Origin: Nitrospirota bacterium | Lineage (GTDB): Bacteria; Nitrospirota; Thermodesulfovibrionia; Thermodesulfovibrionales; Dissulfurispiraceae | Direction: 5' to 3' | DNA: 64,000 nucleotides | Assembly (NCBI GenBank): GCA_963790025.1 | Contig: CAWBMP010000005.1 | Coordinates: 512,001-576,000, forward strand | Shown here: positions 9,404-17,325 of the stretch, piece after piece | Numbering within the stretch: position 1 is the first letter of the stretch | Layout: each line of letters starts with the position of its first letter | The notes under the pieces: model-generated | The model's database searches: none | What the model was told of the DNA's origin: nothing | The model's input: the letters and a program-made list of their open reading frames with translations, nothing else | Made by a program: the position numbers and the translations under genes

Positions 9404-9432
9404 AAAAAGGGGTCATTACTGACCCCTTTTTT
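9404..9432. terminator. bidirectional intrinsic terminator
   Basis: AAAAAGGGGTCA-TTAC-TGACCCCTTTTTT between convergent genes. Confidence 0.85.
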
Positions 9433-9439
9433 AAACTTT

Positions 9440-9457
9440 ATAGTGCACCTGCACTAT
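9440..9457 (-). promoter_or_regulatory. SECIS-like hairpin 2
   Basis: Perfect AUAGUGC-AGGU-GCACUAU; loop begins 21 nt after the second UGA; overlaps the UAG stop. Confidence 0.75.
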
Positions 9458-9732
9458 TTCTTGCTTCCGCTTCAACTGCCCTGTGAAGGTTTCTCTTCGG
9501 TCCCTTTTTGCATGTCCGGGTTTGTCGCTTCGTCTGTTTTTTTGTCTTTATCTTTGTCTTTATCCTGGTCCTTGTCTTTATCCTGATTCGGCTGTTGCCA
9601 TTGAGTGCCACCTGCACCCATACCACCGCTTCAGGCAGCCCATGCGTTTTCAGCGCCCGATAAGCCGGCCCCGGCGATCAGGGTGGCGATACCCAGACCG
9701 GCAAGAAGCCTTTGGAGATGCTCCCTTTGCAT
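9454..9732 (-). CDS. sbtA: selenocysteine-containing RiPP precursor, SbtA (selenobiotic) type, 92 aa with two UGA=Sec
   Basis: AGGAGG RBS; MQREHLQRLLAGLGIATLIAGAGLSGAENAWAA-U-SGGMGAGGTQWQQPNQDKDKDQDKDKDKDKKTDEATNPDMQKGTEEKPSQGS-U-SGSKK*; UGA at 9631-9633 and 9472-9474, each followed by a hairpin; radical SAM gene upstream on the same strand. Confidence 0.85.
9602..9620 (-). promoter_or_regulatory. SECIS-like hairpin 1
   Basis: UGGGUGC-AGGUG-GCACUCA; loop begins 17 nt after the first UGA. Confidence 0.75.
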
Positions 9733-9833
9733 TTTTTCCTCCTTTCTACTAATGATAACTGCCTAAGCTCCTGCAAGGCAGGGATGTCCACTGGATAGAA
9801 AAAAACAATGTCAAACTAAATAGTGATAGATAT

Positions 9834-9861
9834 ATTCTATCATAGATAGCTATACTGTCAA
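9834..9861 (-). promoter_or_regulatory. sigma70-type promoter for the precursor gene
   Basis: TTGACA-16 nt-TAGAAT on the minus strand. Confidence 0.55.
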
Positions 9862-9916
9862 GTGCCTATTACTCAGCGGAAATGAGGTTCATTTTTGCAC
9901 GCATGATGACTGATGC

Positions 9917-11536
9917 TCAGACACTGAACTGGTCCACGATATCCTTCAGATGGCCGGACAGCCGGGCCAGTTCGGACGAGGACTGCGCAATCTGATCGGA
10001 CCCGCCGGAAACCTCTTTTGCACCTCCTGCAACAGCCTGAATGTCCCCGCTGATTGCTTCAGAGGTTGTAGACATTTCCTCTGTCGCGGTTGCGATCTGT
10101 TGCACCATGTTTTGAAGAGATGTTACGCTCTGTACGATGGCCTTAAGCTGCTCTCCAGCCTCGATCGAGTACTGAAGTCCTGTATTCACCTTTTCGTTCG
10201 TGAGATTCATTGCAGCAACGGCGCTGTCAACTTCGCTTTGAATAGCTCCGATCATCTGACTGATTTCAGAAGTGGCTTTTGCGGTCCGTTCAGCGAGTTT
10301 CCGCACCTCGTCGGCAACAACAGAAAACCCGCGACCTTGTTCTCCTGCGCGTGCGGCTTCAATTGCAGCGTTCAGTGCAAGCAGATTTGTCTGATCAGCA
10401 ATATCGTTGATAACAGCCACAATTTCGCCGATCTGTTTAGACTTTTCGCCTAGCGATTGCATGACGCGGGTCGATGTGTTGACTGTTTCAGCTATGCTCC
10501 TTGATTCGGCTACAGATTTGGCGACTACTTCCGCCCCTGTTCTGGCGATGTCTGCGGTTTCCGATGAAGATTGAGCAATGCTTGAAGCGTTTCTTGCAAT
10601 GTCGATGACTGTTTGGGACATTTCTTCGGCGGAAGTTGCGATCTGTGATGAGCGGTTTGATTGATCGGACATTGTCCTGGTAATCTCTTCGGAACTCGCG
10701 CTCAAGTGTTCGCTGCCGGAGGCGACGCTTGCAGACGCCCGCTTGATATCTCTGATCACGCCTTTGAGTTTGACGACCATTGCTTTCATTGCATCGAGCA
10801 ATTGTCCGGTTTCGTTTTTGCCTGTGGCTTCGATCTCAACCGTGAGGTCGCCGGACGCTATTTTGGCGGTTGTCTCGACCGCGTCGAGCAGCGGCCCGGT
10901 GATGCTTCTGATTATCCACAGGGTCACGAAGATTGCAATCGCCAACGCCGATGCACTCAGGATGATAATTGATATCCTGACAGTCTTCGCCTTGCTGCTG
11001 GCTGCATCTGCGTGCAATTTCGCCTGTTCCTTGATAAAAATATCCATGTCATCTACTGACTTAAGGTACGCGGCCTGTAATGCCTCGAATTCAGACAGCA
11101 GTCGGACAGCTTCATTTCTATTGCCGTCCATGAGGGATTTGACGATTTGATCTCTCATGTCGGCAGACGGCTTTCTCCTGTCGAGCATTGACTGATACAG
11201 GGCCTTCCCTTTTTCAGATTGCACGAGGGCTTTGAGTTTGTCAAAATTATCGCTGATACTTTTTCTTGAGCCCAGCATGTGCTCTATTTCTTTTTCCAGG
11301 CTTTCTTTGTTTTCGGCCATAAAGGCTTTTTCAAGATGAGTGGTCGCCGTGAGAATGTTCGCGGTGAGGTCCCCCAGAATAAGAGCCTGAGGCAGACGTT
11401 TATCACCCATTTCCCGGATATTGCCGCTCAGAGACGAAATTGACAGATATGCGGTAAGAGAAATTGAGATGACCAGCACAATCACAATTCCAAAGCCGAT
11501 AAATAACTTTGTCTTGATTTTCAGGTCCTTTGTCAC
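9917..11536 (-). CDS. methyl-accepting chemotaxis protein (four-helix-bundle sensor, HAMP, MCP signal)
   Basis: Two [28 protein letters not shown]. Confidence 0.95.
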   Translation of the reverse strand: MTKDLKIKTKLFIGFGIVIVLVISISLTAYLSISSLSGNIREMGDKRLPQALILGDLTANILTATTHLEKAFMAENKESLEKEIEHMLGSRKSISDNFDKLKALVQSEKGKALYQSMLDRRKPSADMRDQIVKSLMDGNRNEAVRLLSEFEALQAAYLKSVDDMDIFIKEQAKLHADAASSKAKTVRISIIILSASALAIAIFVTLWIIRSITGPLLDAVETTAKIASGDLTVEIEATGKNETGQLLDAMKAMVVKLKGVIRDIKRASASVASGSEHLSASSEEITRTMSDQSNRSSQIATSAEEMSQTVIDIARNASSIAQSSSETADIARTGAEVVAKSVAESRSIAETVNTSTRVMQSLGEKSKQIGEIVAVINDIADQTNLLALNAAIEAARAGEQGRGFSVVADEVRKLAERTAKATSEISQMIGAIQSEVDSAVAAMNLTNEKVNTGLQYSIEAGEQLKAIVQSVTSLQNMVQQIATATEEMSTTSEAISGDIQAVAGGAKEVSGGSDQIAQSSSELARLSGHLKDIVDQFSV

Positions 11537-11557
11537 TTTATTTGCCTCCCGTACATC

Positions 11558-13153
11558 TTATTTATTACTATCCATAATGGTGAAAAAGCAATAAGGGTCT
11601 TTCTCCTTGAAGATATCCAGGCCGCGGCTGTATGCTGCAGCGAGGCAACCGCCGCAGCCTGGACGAATAGGGCAGGCTGAGCATGCACCGCAGCCGGCAC
11701 GGTATCGTTGTGCCTTCACCGAGTCATAGATTTCGGCAAGACCTTGTTCGTTTATGTTCCCGATGAAGGAAGGAAATTTTCGGCAGGCATGCACCTCGCC
11801 GTCGGGAAGAAGGGCAAGGAAATTGAACGCCGCGCCGCATCCGAAGCCGGTGCAGCCTCCAAACGGCGCAAGCCCTTCCTGCCGGCGGATAATATTGATG
11901 AGATTATCCTTGATCCCGAGGACCGGGTTTACCTCTGCGGTTTTTATATAGGATTCGAGGAAGCGAATATATTGGTCCCTTCCCGGCAGTTTAAGCTGCG
12001 CCCCTTCTCCAACCATGGAGAGACGGTTGAAATTGAAAGTGTCGGCGAGACCGTGAAGGAATTCACCGAGGGGCAGTATCTGTTCGATATTGTCTTGTGT
12101 GAGCGTGAGCATTACCATAGAATAGACACCGAGTTCCCTGAGCAGTTCAAGAAAATTGACGGTCCGCTCGAAATGGCCCGGGCCGCGGATCGAATCATTA
12201 TGCTTCTGCAGGCCCTCAAGACTGACCTGGAAAAAATCGGGACGCTGGATCGAGACAATTTCTCCGATAAGCTGTCGCGGTGAAGGGTTACCCAGGATAG
12301 ATAGGATGAAGCCCTTATCAGCCGCGCCGCGGTAAAGTTCGAGGAAATGAGGATATAACAGGGGGTTGCCACCGGAAAAGGAGATCCGTCCCTTCACGTG
12401 CCTGTTACGGCAGAAATCATGGAAGTCATCGAGAATGTCCAATGCTTTCCTGAAGTTGACAGTCGAACGGCTGGTGCGGTCGTAGCAGTGCTTGCAATGG
12501 AGGTCGCATGCCTGGGTAATATGCCATTGCAATGTGAACGAGGTTGTGACACGGAATGAGTCATCGAAAGGTCCTGCAGCCGAAAAAATTCCGGGGTCAC
12601 GTTTCAGAAGTGAAGGAGGTGAAAGCAGGATGCCGCGCTTTATTGCACGATCAACAGCGGCGTCAACTGCTGAAACAGCAATCTTCCCTTCAGCAGCCAC
12701 CTTATTAGACGGCATCCCCTCGACTGCCATCTTGAGGACGAGCAAGTCCTCATCCGTGGCCGGCCTGCATTTGACCTCGCCGCTAACAGGGCTTTTCCAG
12801 ACGAGCAACATCTCCGCACCGCGAAGGGGCACTTCTCCGGACGTTTCGCGATTGTCGGCGATAAAGGTGAACAGGTTTTTCCACCTGAGAGGGAGCACCT
12901 CAAGGGCGGGGTTCACATCGAGCGTGTCAGTACCCGATGGTATTTCGGCAGCATTAATCCTGGCCATAGCCAATTCAAGTCGCACCAGATCAGAAATAAA
13001 AGGAGGCAAACCATGAGTGTCTGCACAGAGGGTGAGAACATCGGGAATCATATCGGCTGCAGGCGCGGGGCTGCGTGAGGAGATGATCCTATCCCACGAT
13101 TCCCTGCCAATAAGAGAGATACAAGCGCTGTAAATATCTTCGAGCCTCATCAT
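11558..13153 (-). CDS. sbtM: radical SAM/SPASM peptide maturase, SbtM type
   Basis: About 200-aa N-terminal extension, FTLQWHITQACDLHCKHCYDR (CxxxCxxC), SPASM cysteines GGCTGFGCG..HACRKF..CSACPIRPGCGGC..DPYCF; start chosen at MMRLED. Confidence 0.85.
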   Translation of the reverse strand: MMRLEDIYSACISLIGRESWDRIISSRSPAPAADMIPDVLTLCADTHGLPPFISDLVRLELAMARINAAEIPSGTDTLDVNPALEVLPLRWKNLFTFIADNRETSGEVPLRGAEMLLVWKSPVSGEVKCRPATDEDLLVLKMAVEGMPSNKVAAEGKIAVSAVDAAVDRAIKRGILLSPPSLLKRDPGIFSAAGPFDDSFRVTTSFTLQWHITQACDLHCKHCYDRTSRSTVNFRKALDILDDFHDFCRNRHVKGRISFSGGNPLLYPHFLELYRGAADKGFILSILGNPSPRQLIGEIVSIQRPDFFQVSLEGLQKHNDSIRGPGHFERTVNFLELLRELGVYSMVMLTLTQDNIEQILPLGEFLHGLADTFNFNRLSMVGEGAQLKLPGRDQYIRFLESYIKTAEVNPVLGIKDNLINIIRRQEGLAPFGGCTGFGCGAAFNFLALLPDGEVHACRKFPSFIGNINEQGLAEIYDSVKAQRYRAGCGACSACPIRPGCGGCLAAAYSRGLDIFKEKDPYCFFTIMDSNK

Positions 13154-13422
13154 ATCGGTCACATAGCTGCCCACTGTTGATATAATAATATAATAATAGA
13201 ACCTTTGAGTGTCCCAGTGCAAACACAAAGACAGGTAAAGGTAACTTCTGTTTTTACCTCTACTGTTACCTTTACCTGTTTTTTTGGTGTTATAGCGTAA
13301 GTGGCGATTAGATGTGTTATAATCGAACAAAACTTATGGATGAATTTTTGTCTTTTTGTTAAACTTATCGAATCAGTCAGGTAGATTCTTTCACGCTTTA
13401 ATTATGACTTTGGAGGCGAGTA

Positions 13423-13719
13423 TTGAAAAGGGTTTCTGTAGAAAACCTCAAACCGGGGACTAAACTTGCTAAACCTGTACTTAATGACAGCGGCATGATT
13501 ATCATCGGCGATGGTACTGTATTGTCGGACTCTCATATAAGTCGCCTGCAGAATATGAACATAAGCAGTGTTTTTGTCGAGGGGACGGCAGGGCCTTCAA
13601 AAAGCAAGGAAGAACTTCTGGCCGAACTGGATGCCAGGTTCAAAAAAACAGGGGAAGAGCCGTACATGTCGATATTGAAGAGGGTATTGAAAGAGCAGAT
13701 AGAAGGCAAGGGCATTTGA
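13423..13719 (+). CDS. hypothetical protein resembling the N-terminal module of HD-GYP/HDOD systems
   Basis: VENLKPGTKLAKPV..GMII..GTVL; GGAGG RBS; 1 bp from the HDOD gene. Confidence 0.7.
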   Translation: MKRVSVENLKPGTKLAKPVLNDSGMIIIGDGTVLSDSHISRLQNMNISSVFVEGTAGPSKSKEELLAELDARFKKTGEEPYMSILKRVLKEQIEGKGI

Positions 13720-13720
13720 G

Positions 13721-14557
13721 ATGGAAATTCGGGACTTGAGAAGTCAGATTGAAAAGATCGATGCGCTTCCTACAATACCCAGCATATTGAGAAAGCTGCT
13801 GGCTGTTATCGAGAGGCCCAAGATTTCAATTAGCGAGATTGGCAGTTTCATTGCCAATGATCCTGTGCTCACGTCGAGGGTGCTCAAAGTCGTCAACTCG
13901 CCGATTTACGGCTTTCCGGGCAGAATATCCTCTCTGAATCAGGCTTTGATATTGCTCGGCCTCAATGTGGTGAGAGGGATGCTGCTCGGCGTTTCCGTTT
14001 TCGAGGCAATGGAAAAGACCATGTCAGGTCTATGGGAGCATTCACTCGGCTGTGCCATTGCCTCGCGTATTGTCGCAAAGAGAATGGGAGTTAAAGAGCC
14101 GGAGGAAGTTTCTGTTGCCGCTTTGCTGCATGATATCGGAAAAGTGGTACTGGGTCTTAAATTTCCCGAGGAATACCGTCAGGTGATGGGCAGTGCCGAA
14201 ACGGAAGGGATCTTTATCTTCGAGGCCGAGAAGAGATCTTTTAATATTAACCATGCCGATGCAGGCGGATGGATCTCCCTTAAGTGGAACTTTCCCAGCA
14301 ACCTTGTTGAGCCGATTGAATATCACCACAAGCCTCACCTTGCCAAAATAGTCCCCCTTCAGACGGCAATAGTCCATTTTGCGGATGTGTTAACGCGAGC
14401 CAAGGGGTTCGGTTTTGCCGGCGATCACTTTGTCCCTGCAGTGCATCCGGCGGCATGGAAGTTGCTCAACCTTTCCGAGGATGACTTGAAGGAAATAATA
14501 TCGGAACTGGAAGATTCATTAGACGAGGCCGGTGGCTTCCTGCTTTCCGATGAGTAA
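13721..14557 (+). CDS. HDOD domain protein
   Basis: LPTIP, DPVLTSRVLKVVNSP, WEHS, LLHDIGK, HHKP. Confidence 0.92.
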   Translation: MEIRDLRSQIEKIDALPTIPSILRKLLAVIERPKISISEIGSFIANDPVLTSRVLKVVNSPIYGFPGRISSLNQALILLGLNVVRGMLLGVSVFEAMEKTMSGLWEHSLGCAIASRIVAKRMGVKEPEEVSVAALLHDIGKVVLGLKFPEEYRQVMGSAETEGIFIFEAEKRSFNINHADAGGWISLKWNFPSNLVEPIEYHHKPHLAKIVPLQTAIVHFADVLTRAKGFGFAGDHFVPAVHPAAWKLLNLSEDDLKEIISELEDSLDEAGGFLLSDE

Positions 14558-15473
14558 TACCAAGACTGTTGTTGTTATCTCCAAAGACCCGGTACTAACC
14601 GGCATAATCGGCAAGTTCCTTGAAGGGTCCTACCAGGTCATCGAATTCGCCGCCCTCCCATCTTCACTGGATTATATATATAGTTCGATTCCCGATGTAT
14701 TGCTGCTGGACATAACATCCGATGATCCGGTTATGGTTACGACGCTTAATGATTTAAAAAGTGATCCTATTCTGGGCAGCCTGTCCATATTTGCAATTTT
14801 CGGAGATGCCTTTGCCGTTCCACATTGGGATTATCTGCTTGTCGATGATTACATTAAGCGATCATTGCTGGAAGATGAATTACTGTCACGGGTTGAATTG
14901 TGCATACAGAGGGCGGAGCGGACGATCGAAGTAAATCCGCTGACACGGTTACCCGGAAATATTCAAATCACAAAACAGATACAAAAGCGGTTGGATGCCG
15001 GTGAGCAATTTGCACTCGCTTATGCCGACCTCGATCACTTTAAACCATACAACGACCGCTACGGATTCAGCCGGGGCGATGAAGTCCTGAAGATGCTCGG
15101 CAGGCTTATACTCAATACTGTTAAAGAGAGACATCCTTACGGCAGTTTTGTCGGGCATATCGGTGGAGATGATTTTGTATTCATGATGGATTGCGATGCC
15201 GCTGCTGAGACTTCAGAAAAGATTATCGGTTATTTCGACGAGATCATCCCCACTTTTCACGACATGGACGACAGGACAAAGGGACACATAGAATCCACGG
15301 ACAGGGAGGGAAAAAAAAGGGTATTCCCTCTCATAAGCCTGTCAATCGGCATTGCGCATAATAGGATGAGAAAGTTTACCCACTATGGGGCGATGGCCGA
15401 AGTCGCATCTGAAGTGAAAAAATTTGCCAAGACAGTTGTCGGCAGCTGCGTAAAGAGCGATCAAAGACATTAA
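14550..15473 (+). CDS. diguanylate cyclase-like protein with degenerate receiver domain
   Basis: NPLTRLPGN, DLDHFKPYND.YG...GD, HIGGDDF. Confidence 0.88.
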   Translation: MSNTKTVVVISKDPVLTGIIGKFLEGSYQVIEFAALPSSLDYIYSSIPDVLLLDITSDDPVMVTTLNDLKSDPILGSLSIFAIFGDAFAVPHWDYLLVDDYIKRSLLEDELLSRVELCIQRAERTIEVNPLTRLPGNIQITKQIQKRLDAGEQFALAYADLDHFKPYNDRYGFSRGDEVLKMLGRLILNTVKERHPYGSFVGHIGGDDFVFMMDCDAAAETSEKIIGYFDEIIPTFHDMDDRTKGHIESTDREGKKRVFPLISLSIGIAHNRMRKFTHYGAMAEVASEVKKFAKTVVGSCVKSDQRH

Positions 15474-15550
15474 AAAGGTTCATTGTCTTAATTTCATGAA
15501 TTTTTGTTGAGTCCTGTTTGCCGACAGAGGGCTTATAAATATGCGGACTT

Positions 15551-16600
15551 CTACATACTTTGCACTCCCGAATCTTTCAGAAAAATTGTTCTCATGGGAA
15601 ATGCAACGGCGATCCCTTCCACCGCATAGCGGCGATGAAGACGAATGACCAATTCATGCTGGATTTGTGCCTGGCAGGAGAAATCCCTTATAAGCATATT
15701 CATGGAAAGCTTAATGCCTGAATCGGAAAAACTGCTGTATTGCACAAAAGGCTCAAATTCCGGCATGCACCCAGGCAAGTCGCGCATCAATTCTTTCATA
15801 ACATCGACCGTGACCTTTCCTACTTTTTCTAAATCGCTTTCATAACCCACACCCACCTGAAAGGTAAGGGTCATCTCCGAGCTCGGGAAAGAATAATTTG
15901 TTACACTTGCCGCGGCGAGTTTGGAATTCGGGATGACAACAACGTTGTTGACCGGCGTTTTGATAGTGGTATCGCGCCATGTCATGTCGTCAATATAGCC
16001 CTCCTCACCTGAACTTAGCTTAACGTAATCACCGACCCTGATTTTGCCCGATGCAATAACATGCAAGCCGGAAAAAAGATTTGCAAGAGTGCTCTGTAAC
16101 CCGAGGGCTACTGCCAATCCTCCCACTCCCATGGCAGTAAGAATGGGAGTTATTGCCACTCCTATGGAATCCAGTGCTATCATAAAACCCATAGAGTAAA
16201 CCAGAAGTTTTACTGTATTCACAAATATTGAAAAGGCGGAAACAGCTCCCCCTGTCTTTTTTATGTACATACTCATGAATCCAGCGACAAATCGTGAACA
16301 GATTATTGTTCCGGTGAATACCATCAACACATTGAGTATTTTTTTAAGCAAAAAAAAGATGACCTTGTTCATCGAGATCAGATGAATCGTCCCGTAAATG
16401 GTAAGAATGGAAATGGAAAGCATAATCATATAGCGCAGGGCTTCTGCGGCAATTTGATGAGTTCCGTCTTCTCCCTTTGATACCCTTCGTAGCTTCCCCA
16501 AAATTATCCCTTCAAGGACAATACCGATAATGACTCCGCCTGCCACGACAGCCGCAGGCATGAGTGTCTCCGGACTAATAATGAAATGATCATATTTCAT
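15551..16600 (-). CDS. mscS: MscS family mechanosensitive channel
   Basis: GVGGLAVALGLQSTLANLFSG, IPNS, VGVGYESD. Confidence 0.92.
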   Translation of the reverse strand: MKYDHFIISPETLMPAAVVAGGVIIGIVLEGIILGKLRRVSKGEDGTHQIAAEALRYMIMLSISILTIYGTIHLISMNKVIFFLLKKILNVLMVFTGTIICSRFVAGFMSMYIKKTGGAVSAFSIFVNTVKLLVYSMGFMIALDSIGVAITPILTAMGVGGLAVALGLQSTLANLFSGLHVIASGKIRVGDYVKLSSGEEGYIDDMTWRDTTIKTPVNNVVVIPNSKLAAASVTNYSFPSSEMTLTFQVGVGYESDLEKVGKVTVDVMKELMRDLPGCMPEFEPFVQYSSFSDSGIKLSMNMLIRDFSCQAQIQHELVIRLHRRYAVEGIAVAFPMRTIFLKDSGVQSM

Positions 16601-16627
16601 GACGATTGAAGAATCACGCTTCGCGCG

Positions 16628-16906
16628 TTAATCAAAAAGCTTTATTATTGTGTCCGCTTTATCCTCGATGCTCTTGATACTTTGGGACATCGATTTGTGG
16701 TCTTTTTTTATTTTGTGCAAATCGTCGGCAATATTCAGGGCCGCGAGGATAGCTGCTTTGAGCGGGGTTATGTGGGGTGCAGACGTATAAACTTCTCTGA
16801 GCTTTTCATCCACGAACCCGGCGAGTTGGACCAGGTATTCGGGCGACTCATTGTCCCCTTTTATTATGTACTTTTGTCCCAGGATATGTACTTCAACATT
16901 TCCCAT
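16628..16906 (-). CDS. zapA: cell division protein ZapA
   Basis: VEVHILGQKY...AAILAALNIADDL. Confidence 0.9.
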   Translation of the reverse strand: MGNVEVHILGQKYIIKGDNESPEYLVQLAGFVDEKLREVYTSAPHITPLKAAILAALNIADDLHKIKKDHKSMSQSIKSIEDKADTIIKLFD

Positions 16907-16999
16907 GCAAACCTAATGCGTTACGAGAAAAGAACAAATTATTTTGAAATGCCGTTTATTCATTTTTGTTTTCACTCATCACTCATGACGGATCACGGC

Positions 17000-17221
17000 C
17001 TATTTGAGTTCGACCGATTCCAGTTCATTGAATAAATCTTCAATCTGGGTTTTTATCGAGGCTTTCTCAAGCATTAATTTATCTATTTCCTGCTGTTTTA
17101 ATTTTAATATATTTTCAAGCTCTTCTATCCGGTTGTCCAGATTGCTTTTCTCCTCTTTCAACATCTTGATCTTTTCAACGGCATAGGTTATCTTCTCTTC
17201 AAAAGTCTTCAACATATCCAT
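17000..17221 (-). CDS. zapB: ZapB-like coiled-coil protein
   Basis: Heptad-rich 73 aa protein upstream of zapA; GGAGG RBS. Confidence 0.7.
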   Translation of the reverse strand: MDMLKTFEEKITYAVEKIKMLKEEKSNLDNRIEELENILKLKQQEIDKLMLEKASIKTQIEDLFNELESVELK

Positions 17222-17325
17222 AACTTCCTCCCTTACCTTAACCCAAGTCGAGCCATTAAAATCGCTCAACGCGGGTTCGAAATAATAACACAAAATATCG
17301 TACAGCGTACAGCGTTCAGAGAACG

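Noticed and set aside
9438..9626. ORF-track 62-aa basic ORF (MVWVQ...RIKTKIKT)
   Set aside because: Alternative frame of the GAYAAR repeat inside the selenopeptide gene, with no RBS.
13154..13330. N-terminal extension of the radical SAM ORF in the track
   Set aside because: Runs through AT-rich intergenic DNA and an inverted-repeat element; the start near 13153 is more plausible.
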